DNA of 64,000 nucleotides from Sphagnum compactum (lineage: Eukaryota): the NCBI GenBank assembly GCA_965153455.1, contig OZ234493.1, positions 7,554,213-7,618,212 on the forward strand, in the 5' to 3' direction. Position 1 is the first letter of the stretch, and each line of letters opens with the position of its first letter. Below are positions 51,830 to 64,000 of the stretch, in pieces. The notes below the pieces were generated by a model. It worked only from the letters and a program-made list of their open reading frames with translations. It searched no databases and was not told where the DNA came from. A program made the translations under genes and the position numbers.

Positions 51830-54800
51830 TGTTGTAGCATCCACTATTTACCACTGACTCCATTGTAGACTTTCTCCACCCATTGCTTGATATACCATAC
51901 TGCAGGTGTACAGTGTAGGAAGGGTCATTAACTGTGGGGTTATGCGCAAGCACCTTTCGGATGTCAAAAGCTCAGCCTGGACCCTAAACTTCATCACTCC
52001 ACCAGGTTAACTCTCAGGCTGTGCTTTAGTGACTTACCCTCTCCTGTTTGTTCAAGGCATATTTCCCTGAGCTTCAGTCCACCTATCCTTTGCATTATGT
52101 TATTGGGGGTGGGGGGGCGGTGCATGATCCTGGTGTAGTCAAGTGTACAGGAAGATACGTTAGCTCGTTCCTATAGGACAGGAATTAAGGAGTTGGGTGT
52201 CAAATGTGGAAGGATGAATCAATCTTATAGTTTGTTGAGTTCCCGGAGAGTTTTCAAAATTTTCATGCACCTCTGTGTTATTATAAACTTTTCCAGCAGA
52301 GAAGCTATGTTAGACCCCCAGAATATTCCCTGGCAAAGTCATGCCAAAGTCATTTGTGTATCAGCAGCATCTGTATTCCTCTTTTCATGAGGTTTTTGGA
52401 TGAATATAATTCAGTGGGTTCTTGGAAGTGACAATTGATCTTGTGGTCTAAAAGTGTACGTCCTGAGAATCTCTGGGGGCTCCCTCTTAAGATCCTCCTC
52501 TAGGTCCTTTTCATAGTTTTCAAAGTTTGCAAGGTGGTCTCAAATTGGTTTTTTCAATCTCTGGGTAGCTGCTACATGATTAAGGATTTTCTTTTCCATT
52601 TGCAATGTCATTTTGGTTTTGAAACATGGAGATGTTGAACATTGCATCAAAGAGGGATACCTCCAATTTTATGGTGTTGGAAGGTCCTATGGCTGGGTCT
52701 GGGTCAGCTCTAAGTTTGAGTTAAAAACATCTTAGCTTAGTCTTAGTCTCTCTCGGAGAACTTCACCATCAGTTGGTTGTTAGTCCAAGTCCATTGCCAT
52801 GGAGTGTAATTAGCTCATTTATATTTTATTTGGAGCTACAACACCATGTGGGTTCTGTGATAGCAGTGGTACAACAAAAACTTCTTACTGATCCCTTTCT
52901 TTTTTTTTCCCCCTAAAATGGGAAGTAAAGAAGTCGAAAGAGTGGCTGGCATGGGGTAAAAAAGGCAGGTGCAGTGCAATGTTTCTCCACCACATACTTT
53001 GTTCTTTCTATTCTTGGGGGAGCAAAGAATGTTTTGGAACATTGCAATGTCATTATGGAACATACCAATTGTTCCCTTACATTTACTTAAAAAAAGCTAA
53101 AGCCTTAAAGCTACTACTTGCTTTACTTCTATGGAGAGGGCACATTACAGTACATTGCATGCTTGCTTTCAGCGTACTTCCTAGTGTTGTGTGGTTACTT
53201 TGATTTTGTGAACAATCAAATCCTCAGTTTAGGTTTTTTGAAAGAAAGGGAAAAAAAAAATCAGAATTAAAAGGACCGAGGGAGGGATCATCCAGTTATT
53301 TCTTCAAAAAGTCAAAGAATCTTCACAAGTTTCATGAAAGAACTGGCAAAGAAAGAAGCACAGGTTGCTGGACAGTTTCTTTCATTTTTTTGTGATTCCG
53401 TGAATGGCAGTTCTATTTCAGAACCAGTTCTCTGATTTCCTGAGAACAGTGCCAGGTTATGAAATTCAACAAGCAAGCGCGCACCTTGATTACTGGTAGG
53501 GGTTTGGTGCCATTTCTGATACCCGCACAACACTGGTACATAGTGTTGTTATCCAAAGGGTTTTTTTCGGTGATTGATTTAGTATGTAGCAATGTTGGAT
53601 CTGAGGTTTTCATAGTGTAATTTTAGGGCACCTTATACAACAATGCAAATTTTTCCTGCTCCAGGAGGTAGCAGCAGGGATCTTATGCCTAAGCTTTCTG
53701 AGGGGCAGGGGCATAAGGGTAATCTGCAGCATCGGAGGATCACCTTCCCCTTTGTTATGAAGGGGAAGTTGCTGCTGTCAGTGCTGCTTTCCTCCCTGGA
53801 CCTCAGGCTCTGCCTGCCCTTGGTTCATTACCAGTGCCTTCCCTTATACATAAACGGTGAATTGATCTCACACAACCCACTTGAACGGTGGACATGATGA
53901 GTACCAACTCCCAACCATGTAAGCTAAGCTCGCTCCTGTGCTCAAATGCTTCTCATTCACATACAATTCATTAACTTCACACTCAACTCTTGTAGAAAGA
54001 AATTGGACTCCATCATCGCACAAATAACATGCGTTTAGTAGACTACTAACTATTCAACTATACATAAAACATATATAGTTCATGCAGTCTTTAGATTCCA
54101 TAAATCACCCAAACCAAGAAGGGGGATGAAAAGAACCTGGTCTTAGTGGCCAGTCAAAAGGAGCAAATAAAAAAGTCGGGAGGAATGCTATAGTTCAAAA
54201 TCATCAAGCAAGACGACACGAGAAGTGGATTAATATAATAAATGATTGTGCACAAAGCGCATCCTTCTTCCACTCTCTTGGAAACCAAAAGACTATTTGC
54301 ACAACAATCGTATGTTGTGATCATGGGACCTCCCGATATGTATAGTATGATTGGTGTTAACCTTAAAATGTGTGCCATATCTTCTTTTTCATGCACTATG
54401 AGATTGAATCGAGAAATGATCTCTAGGTGTAATACTAAAGAGATTTTGTTGGCTATAAAAAATTATTATGGTCTTGTTTGTCGTCTCTTTCCTCCACATT
54501 TGAAAAAAAAAAACCTGGAATGAATTGCAGGATCCCATAGGAACAAGATCCAACATCCCTACCAGCTGAAGACCACCATGTCAAGTATAGAAACTTCAAA
54601 CCATTATGCATATAATAAAATTTCTGAACATAACCCTTCAGAATGGTTATTATACCTCTTCTTTAGAGCATAGAATCAAAAAGGGGAAGGGGCTTGAAAG
54701 CCTCAGTCCCTTTAGCCTCATATTTAAGTTGGCTTGGAGATCACTAGGTACCAAGTCTCTTGTACCTACACTTGTGAAAGACTGGGGGATAATACTTTTC

Positions 54801-55218
54801 ATACTTTAACAAAGCACTTAGAACAAAACAAGAAGATGGCTACAGACCAAAAAATTGTGCCCTAAAATCACTGGAATCATTAGCTAGCAAGCCATGGAAA
54901 GGCTACGAGAACGAGACATTCCATATCTGCCCTTTTTCTTGGTTAGTCTAGGTCCTAGGATGTTGATGCATGTGGGAAGCCACTTCTTTGGGGAAAAGAA
55001 AATTATGTGCAATTTGCTTTGGGAGTATGATCCAAGCATGCAAGTTAAGCAAGGGGTGTATCACACTGTTGGTGGCCTTGCCATTTACATTAATTAAAAA
55101 GGTATCTTAAGGCAAAAGAAGAATTATGAATTTCAGCATGCAAAAATAATATAATCTTCAAAAAATCTTCTAAAAGAAACCCAAATCCTTCAAGATATTA
55201 TTATAACTCTATAATAAC

Positions 55219-55362
55219 TAATCTCAAGTTTCATTCAACACAAGCCAAAATTATCATCTTTCAAAAATCCTCATATAAAACTAGACCTATTATTATTTAT
55301 TGCCTAGGGGCCTCTATAAAAATCCCTTAAGCTACTATACTCTATGATGAATCTAAACACAA
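55219..55362 (+). repeat. Dispersed ~140-bp repeat, copy 1 (copy 2 at 62671-62806)
   Basis: TAATCTCAAGTTTCA..CAACACAAGCCAAAA..TCAT.TTTCAAAAATCCTCATATAAAA.TAGACCTATTAT...AAATCCCTTAAGCT.ACTATACTCTAT is shared by both copies. Confidence 0.88.
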
Positions 55363-58300
55363 TATCCTTCTTGCCTTAGTAGGCAAGGCCAACAAAGTCT
55401 CTTGAGTGTTTGCCAAGCATCTTTTGGTGAACTCAAATAGGAATGACTTAGATCTGGATACTTGTTTTGAAGGGGCTAATGTTGGGAGGTTCTTTGTTTT
55501 TCAAGCAAAACCTCCAGTTCCATGTCAGTTCTTCATAAAAAAAAGGAACTCCAAACTGGATTCCATTCCTTCCCTTGAAAACAGACCAGTTGTTCTCAGG
55601 TGTTCTGAAGTGACTTACATTACACTTTCCTCTTCGTTCCCTTTGTTTCCAATTGATTTCCAACCTGTTCCCAATGTGCTCCCCATGTGTTCCCCATAGT
55701 GATAATATACCCTGAATTCAAATGACCTGACTCTCTGAGTGGAGATTCAATGAAGTCAATGGTTCTTCGACAGTGGTTATATCCGTCAGTTCCCCCACAT
55801 AATCAAATAACTGCCAAGGACGGGTATGGATATGTGTTTAAGCCCCCCAAAAAAAACTTGCAAACATCAAGGCCAAATTAAAATACTAACAAACTTGTGT
55901 TGGTGCTGGTACTAAAAACTGTTGTTAGTTTCCATAGAAGACTGCGTAGGTATAATAGCATGACGACGATTTTCTATCAACTTGACATGAGTTCTTTGTG
56001 CAAAAGAGAAATAACTTTGTTAGCAAAACATTGGTTATGAATTTGTCTTCAAAGCTTCTTGTGTGGCATCTAGCAAGTCACAAGTTATATGTTGATGAAT
56101 GTGATGATGCCATATTCTCATGAAAGGGTTGTATAGCAACATATTTGAGTTTACAATTGTATGTTATCGTTGCTTGCACCACTCAATTTAGGATGTTAAT
56201 GACATTGTTTTCTTTTCACCCCTTTGCATTGGAATAACTTGAATCCACAAAAGTTGGACAATGGATGAACTTGGAAAGTTGTCTACCATTTCCCCTTGTT
56301 TACCATTGTCCCAATTCCATAAATTCATTCAAGTCTTTTAATTTTCTTAATGGAGTTGTACCATCTCCCTTAAGTTCATACATTGTTTTCTTAAAAGTGT
56401 TGAATCCATGTCAATATTCATGATCATTTTTCATCTATTGTCCAATTGTATTTTGTTCATCCACACGGTCCCAATTCCCTAGGGAAGTTTGTTGGCCTAT
56501 TCCACATTTCCTTGACATGCATTTAATTAGGCTTTGCCAAGCTTGTTGTTGTTGGGACTAAGGTGTTCAAAGCTTCACATAACTAGGATGAATCAACACA
56601 TGCATTTATTTCTTAGTCATTTCAATTGCACAAATATATTTTTAAAAAAACGGTTCATGGAATTTTGAGGCAAAATTAGGTCACAAATTTGCCATGGGCT
56701 CTCCATGGTAAAGATTCATATGAGAAGAATTAGTCTCCTTGTAATCTATTTTGCATGTCTTTAGATTGACTACATCCCAATGACAAAATTAAAAAACCCA
56801 GAAAGTCTTTTCTTAAAATCAAAATGTTTTCACATTTTACAATTTTGCAACTAGGAAAGAATCCCCCCCATATTTACAACTATGCTTTTAAACTATAATT
56901 TTAGTTCAAAATGTCAATTTCAATTGCCAAATATTTTTCATGATTTTTCTTGATTGCAAAGCAAAAAAATCAACAAGAACAAATCAAGCATGAAACATAG
57001 TCAAGCACAATAGCCACATGGCACATTTATGATGATAATCTTACTAATTGAGTTGAAAACAATTTTCAACTTTAAATAGCTAGGTGGATAGAACTTGTAC
57101 ACTAATGTGTGATTTCATCCATGAAGTTGCAAGGTTCAATTTACCTTTTTGAGTATTTCAAAATACTAGACAAACTAATATGTCGACATGTGGCGTAGTT
57201 GAATTTTTTATATTGTAGTCTAAAGTGATGAATTGCTTGTGATGTGGTGTTCAAACATTCCTTGCATGCAATGTGTAGTTGAAACATAGTTGCAAAAGAA
57301 TAGGAATGATCTTTTAATGTGTTTATTTTCAATTATAGTGGGCAACACTAATTAACAACCTTAGGGACAATCACAATGTGTTGGTGTTTTGAGCTTAAAT
57401 ATTGTGAACCTAAATTGTAATGTAATATTCACACATGTAATTTTATTTCAGTGTGATTTGGTTTGAAATCACAAGGGTAGTTGGGGTAATCCAATTTATA
57501 TGCAAGATGATGATGCAAGATTTCTAATGGTTACTTTTATTGCTAGAGGGGCAATGAGCCTTTTGTCTTTTTTTCATAAGTCTAACTAGTTTTATCGTCC
57601 AATAACAAGCACATTCTTGTGTTTTTGCATTCTAATTCTTTTTGTTGTCATTATAAACTTTGGATTCTAACAAAAATACATAATGAATATTTGAATGCAA
57701 AAAATTTACAAGATTCCATCAATGCATCAATTTTGAAGCCATATTATTTACAAATCTAAGCAATTGTGAAAATAAAGTGGTGAGCCTAACAACATAAATG
57801 AACCTTACAAAATTTCACAAATACTATAATAACCTTCATGATGACAATAGTCAAGATGAGTATGTTGTCCTACTCCTTGACAATATGTCACACAAGTTAC
57901 AACCTAATTAGGAAGAAGTGTTGATGTAGTGAAATGAAAGTTATAAGTTTTATGAAAGTTGGAACAAAATTTTAATAAAGTTAGAAAAAAAAATTGCTCA
58001 AAAGTTGCAAACATATCCAAACATTTTGAAGGTCAACCTCACTCAATGGTCAATGCCATACACTTACCAACTTAGTGGACAATTGGACTTATTTGGTAGA
58101 TCTAGTCATCCACATGGATTTTTTCTAAATAAATATAATTACACAATTGAGACAAAGTTAAGAATGGCATGCGATGGAAAATCATTGATAAAAAAAGACC
58201 TTTGTTCTTCGAATATAACCAAATTGAACATGAGAATACACCATCTTATGGTTGTTCTCAAAAGTTCTCCAACGTTATGTCAAAACCTTCAATTGAATGT

Positions 58301-61099
58301 CATGTGCCCTCCAAACATAAACTAAGAAAATGTCATGCATTTTTTGTTACTTCATTAAATCAAAGACAGATGGAATAATATGAAATGATTAAGACACAAC
58401 TTAACAATTTGTGTCTTGGGTTTTCAAATGAACATAAAGTTTCATATTTCATTTTTGGGGAACAAGAGCTAATTATATTATATACCTCTTCAAGATCATT
58501 TCAATGAACCAACAATAATTTGATTTGGAAAGTATTCTTCTCCAAACATTGACCCAAAGATTCAAAACTTTGTAGGAATCCTAATTCTCAAAGTGGGAGT
58601 GCAATTTGAGAATACATCCTTATTCCAAAACACTTTCATCTTCATTTGGACAAGTGTTTGCTCCTCACCATCTCTCAAGCCTGTCTTTAATTCATTTTCT
58701 TGTTTTTGCCTTAACAATGGTCTCAAGCCCAAGACTAAGTTTGTAGCATTCCTCAAATTGACCATTAGCCCATTTCTCTAAAGAGTCAAGCCAATTTCAA
58801 TTTTCCTTAGGTTGATCTATTGTCTCACTTTTTCAAATTCATCATTGTCCTTCCTAGAGGTTACCCATTCTGCCATTTCCTTGCACATAAAATTGTTCAA
58901 CTCCCTTAATGCAAATGGGTTAACTTTAATCATCCTCAAGTTCTTTCATTATTGAACTTCATTAAATTTACCCACGAATTGTCCACTTTGATAGTTTCCC
59001 TCAATTAATGCATTATCGTAGGGAAATTGGGGCCAAACTTCCTTAGGTTTAAAGACATATTCTAAATTAAAAATATTTCAACATTTTAATGAAGTGGATT
59101 GAATTCATATTAACATCACAAGTACATAAGAGCTGGATTATTTTCAAGTTTAAATCCAATAAACAATTAAAAGTGTCATACACATTGTGCTTCATTTGAA
59201 CATGATGGAACATGGAATTTGATCACATTAACTTCATTAGTTGTTGTAGCCATTGTGAGAAGTTATGTTGAATTGTGACAACCATCACAATTTGCACTTA
59301 TAAACACTAAAAATGATGATTGTGTTTACAACTGTTTTTTCATTGGTTGTATCTAGATATGATAAAACCAAATGATTAGGTCGAGCAATCAATCAATGGA
59401 GAATAAAAACATTGGAATGTATTTGAAACTATATCTAATATAAAATGTAACTAATGAACAAGATTTGGTTTGTGATAAGTTTCCCTTAAACAAGAGCATT
59501 TTGAAGATGATATGACTTGATGCATAAAGACTTACATTTTAATGCATTTGTTGTAATTTTGAACTCCACTCTCTTATGCACAGATGTGAATTCTCGTGGC
59601 AACCTTCAAAATAAATCACTTTGTAACAAACCAAAATTTCAAAACTTTATCTTGAGTTGAAAATATGTAAGGGGACTTTGAGAAAGTTGTTCAACTATTG
59701 AAAATGAGGAGGGAAGATTTTAATGTGACTAGTTAAATGAAGATGAGATTAGAAATGGGTTAACCTTACTAGTGTGCCATATGAATTGAAAGACCAAAGC
59801 CACATTATAGACATGGCATGAACAAAGAGGGAGTGAGGATGGGGCATGGGAACTCACCCACGACTCTAACAATACAATGTGCTAACCTTTTTAATTGGGC
59901 AAGTCAACAAAACGTTAGTGATTGTTACAATGGAACCAAATCATTTGTTTCATCAAAGTTTTTCGTATCAAGTAAACTAAAGAATTTGAGCACGAATGTT
60001 CCACACAAAAAGAAAAGAAGACATTTGGAAATTTTCCTTGCAGTTTGTAGAACCCATTGGGAACTGGGAACCACCCAAGGTTATAATACATCACATTCCC
60101 TCACCCTCCTAATAATATGTGGGCACTGTGTTGTGCGGTTGTTAGAATCTGCTACAGAGATCCGCCGGGTATCATCCCGCGTATATGAGTACATTACAAA
60201 AGAATTTCTTTAAATTGAAAAGAGTGGCTGTAATTTGCCAGATTTCTACATACAACAAGTTCCAGTAGGTAGCCAAAGTATTGAAGGACTCTTTAATTAT
60301 TTTTTTCTACTTTCATATCTGGCGATGATGTATAGCCAAAATTTGCTAAATGTTCTTCTGGATGATTGCCAGTTTGGCTACATCAAAACAACTGAAATTA
60401 AATTTTTTAAAAATAAAATAAAATAAAATAAAATAAAAAGCCTGGGTGTTACACATGATGGTTTTAGAAGGCAATTATTTTGACTTGTGTAGAATAGAAA
60501 TATCCATGTTTCCAACAGAAAGAAAGGGAGAGGCCAATTGTTCAGAAGATCTAGAGTAAAAGTTCATATGCCTTATGATTACCCTAAGTAAGGTCAGTTA
60601 GTTTTGTGATTAAATAATCCTTTTTAAATATTGAAAAAAAAATTTGTGAAAAAAAAATATGAAACTGACATGTTGAAAATCAATCATCATAATTATTTGC
60701 AGCTTTTATGATTTGAATAATTTTCATTAAAAAATTCATATGACAATATCTAGTAGTCAAACTGTAGATCATGAAATTTTTGATTTAAAATTTTTTATAA
60801 TTAAGAAATGAATTTTCAATTTTTGGAAAAAATAAATAAAAATAAAAATTCATTTATTCATTTTTGTCAATATGGAAGGTGACACTAGAGGCTACAACAG
60901 TATGCATAATTTCCTTTGCCTGGCTTTGGCTTTGGCTTTGGCTTGGCTTTGGCTTTGGCCTTGGTTTGGTTGGGCTATTGTTTGTTGGGGAAAAAACATT
61001 CATGGAGATCTGTCAGGTTGGAGATTAGATTCTTGATGTGTATGTAAACTTTGGTGAGAATTCAAATCCGTTACAGATGGAAGGAAGTAAGAAGAGATG

Positions 61100-61815
61100 T
61101 ACAAAGAAGAAGAAGAAGAAGAAGAAATTGGGTGCTGCAGCAGCCAATTTATGGAAAAGAAATGAAAAGCTTTTTGAAAGTTGAAGTTTGGCGGACTGAT
61201 TGTAATCGACAATGAACAACAATAAACATGTGAAGAAGAACACACACACACACACACACACACACACCCACACGACTCTTGCAGCGCAACTAGACTTGCA
61301 GCGCAGTGGATCTGATCATAATCCACCATTCAAAATATTGCCAGATAAATTATCAAGACAACCTGGAGGAGACAGGCTCTGGTTGCTCTTCTTCTTCTTC
61401 TTCTATAATATATGTGTTCGTATATCTGAAGTAGTAGGATCTCATGTGACTGTAAAAGTCAGGGAGAACACTTAATCCCCTTTTATATATATATATATAT
61501 ACATATAATCACTTGATCAAGTGGAAGGAAGGAAGTGTTGGGTGCAAGGGGAGCGTGGGGGGGGGGGGGGGGGGGAGTTGCATGCTTGCAGATCTCTTGT
61601 GACATGTGGTAGTCAAGATCTGCATTGATATGCGGGAAAATCATATGAACATGGAAGGAAATTTTTTTAAAAAAAATTGTATGGGATGATGCTTTTGGAA
61701 GTCTGAAGTTGTGCAGTCGAAGATTGGTTAGTGTACGTAAGAAGAAGGGCCACCAAGTGGAAGAAGTGTCACATGCCATGATGCAGTAGTAATAGTAGTA
61801 GTAGTAGTCGTAGTA
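61100..61815. repeat. Microsatellite cluster: (GAA)n, (CA)n, (TA)n, poly-G, (GTA)n
   Basis: Visible directly at 61105-61127, 61240-61268, 61483-61501, 61557-61575 and 61785-61814. Confidence 0.85.
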
Positions 61816-62670
61816 AAAACCTGTACAATACAATTTATGATTCGATATTTTGTATATGTTTTAATCTGTGCGCTTCAATGTTTTGCTTGGGACATGACCA
61901 GACCACCGGCCTTTGCTCTAAGGAAGATGTTAAATACCAGTCTCCCACCCTAATGAGCACCATTTAAGTATCCGTGCAAGGCTTTGTGGGGTTAGTTTTT
62001 CAGACTTCAAATGTCTTTGAATGAAAAAAACATGAATAATAATTATCCATGCTTTTACATAATAATATATTTTGATCATTCTTTTTGTCGTGATTATTTT
62101 TGACCCTTGTAAAAATTATTGATTTTTTTATCCATAGCCTTTTGTAACCAATCCTAGTGTGTCACTATCATCCTAACAAACAAACCGATTACTCTCTAAA
62201 TAGTCACTCAAAGAGGCAACCTTGACTCCTATTAGCATGTTTCGATCCGGTTAGGTTCTCAAAATAGTTATCTATAATATAAGTTGTGGTCATTGAAATG
62301 ATTGGAAATCAAATTGACAAAGTGATTCTTGACCATTTAAATGACATTTTGACACTATAAAAAAAATCACGAATTTTCAAAGCATCCAAGTTGACGACTT
62401 TGTCCCTTTTGATTAAGAATTCGAACAATTTGACTAGAAGCTCTAATTGATGAAGTGACATATTTGTTTTTGACTAGAATCAAGAGAGAAAATGCCTGGA
62501 ATTAGGGTTAACTCATACCCTAACCACCGATTCCAAGCCCAGCTAGTGAGAACCAAGTAAGAAAAAAATTGTCAGAAGTTGAACCTAAAATCTAGAACAA
62601 GATTCTCAGTTCCATATATGTGTGGAACTTTAACCGTAACCAAGATTATCATAATTTATCACTCTCTATC

Positions 62671-62806
62671 TAATCTCAAGTTTCAACACAAGCCAAAAGA
62701 TCATGTTTCAAAAATCCTCATATAAAAATAGACCTATTATTTATTACCTAGTAGGGGCCAAAATCCCTTAAGCTTACTACTATACTCTATAAGGAATCAT
62801 AACACA
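62671..62806 (+). repeat. Dispersed ~140-bp repeat, copy 2
   Basis: Same-orientation diverged copy of 55219-55362. Confidence 0.88.
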
Positions 62807-64000
62807 AACAAGCAACATTCCTTAATAGCTCCATATACATGCACATGCAACCCATCCTTGAAAGATGGTCTTGCAAAAGAACAACCTAGAACTTTGGATG
62901 GTTTATGAACATGTACATCATGGTTTTGATGGGCCTTTGATGCCTCATCATTTTAGTCACTTACAAGGCACAATGAACAGATTTTCTTGGGTTTACATGA
63001 CCTAACCATTGTTCAAAATCAAGGTGCCCATTTGTAAAATTCATTAAAACTATTCTGTTATATGTGAAGCATGCTACTACTAGGTACCATAAGCCCATTA
63101 GTATGCACATTTTCCGGGCCCATTCATGAATTCAGGCTTGCCCTACTAGGCTCGCCCAAATTGCTCACAAGGCACCTAGAATGTTCCCATACTACATGAA
63201 ACACCTTGAGAAATTCCAAATATTAGTATTTGGATCGGGTGCTCAACTTAGCTATTGCCTCATCCTGGGGCTCTTATTTTTATAGAGAATTTCCCCCACT
63301 TCCCCCACCATGAGGCTTTACCCTAAAAATAAACCACTCCAAGGTTTTTTCAAATTTGTATTTTGAATTAAGTACCTCCCCCACACTGAAGATGGTGGTT
63401 TCATGAATTGAAGGGACCTTCCACCGATCATGTTAAAAATTACCTTTGCCCACATTTGTAGAGTATGTAGACCCATGGTTTTTACCTTTTTTTTTTCCCC
63501 TCATAATACCTGGCAAGTATTACAATGGGTAACCGCCAGGTATCACGGAATTTTATTTATTTTTAAATAAAATTTAAAATCCATCAATTTTTACATCATG
63601 TAACACCCTCAACTCGACTCGACTCCGCTTTGCATGAGCCACCGTTATTCCAATAATGCCCACAACCTCGGCGGTTACACTTGCCCTTACAAACCTTCCA
63701 CCACATGATATACTTGTACCCATTCCCCCCCTAAGCCTGGTAACTAGGGTTCTATAATGGTTAACTAGGGTAAGCCTGAAGAAGCCCAGAAGAAGCTGGC
63801 CACAAATGCTCTCTCTGGGGGAAGAGAGTGGGTGTTGTTGTTGCCAAATGAAGATAGGTACTATGTCCAATAATATGTCAGGTTTGATGCTTTGAAAACT
63901 AGCACTTTAGTGGGGTCCTCCTGCTAAATTGATGGTGTTTTCAAACTAGCCATTTTAGTGGGGTCCTCCTTGTTGATTGTACTATGGGAGCAGCTTGACA

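Noticed and set aside
53697-53740. Resemblance to a TPP riboswitch (CTGAG...GGGTAAT.TGC..GGAG)
   Set aside because: It lacks the ACCTGA/P4 core and the CTGAGA-x-CCC arrangement, and no thiamine gene is nearby.
61590-61630. Hairpin TGCAGATCT...AGATCTGCA as a possible miRNA precursor
   Set aside because: The stem is too short and I recognised no conserved plant miRNA sequence.

Overview
Eukaryotic, intron-rich plant genomic DNA. Gene content and repeat style suggest a bryophyte, possibly Sphagnum; this is an inference and was not verified. Five spliced protein-coding genes were reconstructed by hand from GT/AG sites with consistent codon phases. (1) A giant coiled-coil protein on the - strand, running off the window start, with a 183-aa internal periodicity. 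(2) TRAPP subunit TRS31/TRAPPC5. (3) A probable plastid-targeted membrane protein. (4) A KOBITO1/ELD1/ABI8 glycosyltransferase-like gene whose first intron is probably GC-AG. (5) A RIC-family CRIB-domain ROP effector. The main finding concerns the RIC gene: extra upstream in-frame exons, fragmented or missing in the ORF track, encode what looks like a WH1/EVH1 domain. This gives a WH1-basic-CRIB-short proline motif architecture resembling WASP without its VCA tail, in a lineage generally said to lack WASP. Intergenic DNA is AT-rich, with decayed transposon remnants (including a Helitron fragment), minisatellites, recent tandem duplications, dispersed repeats and interstitial telomere-like motifs. 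No tRNA, rRNA or CRISPR features were found.
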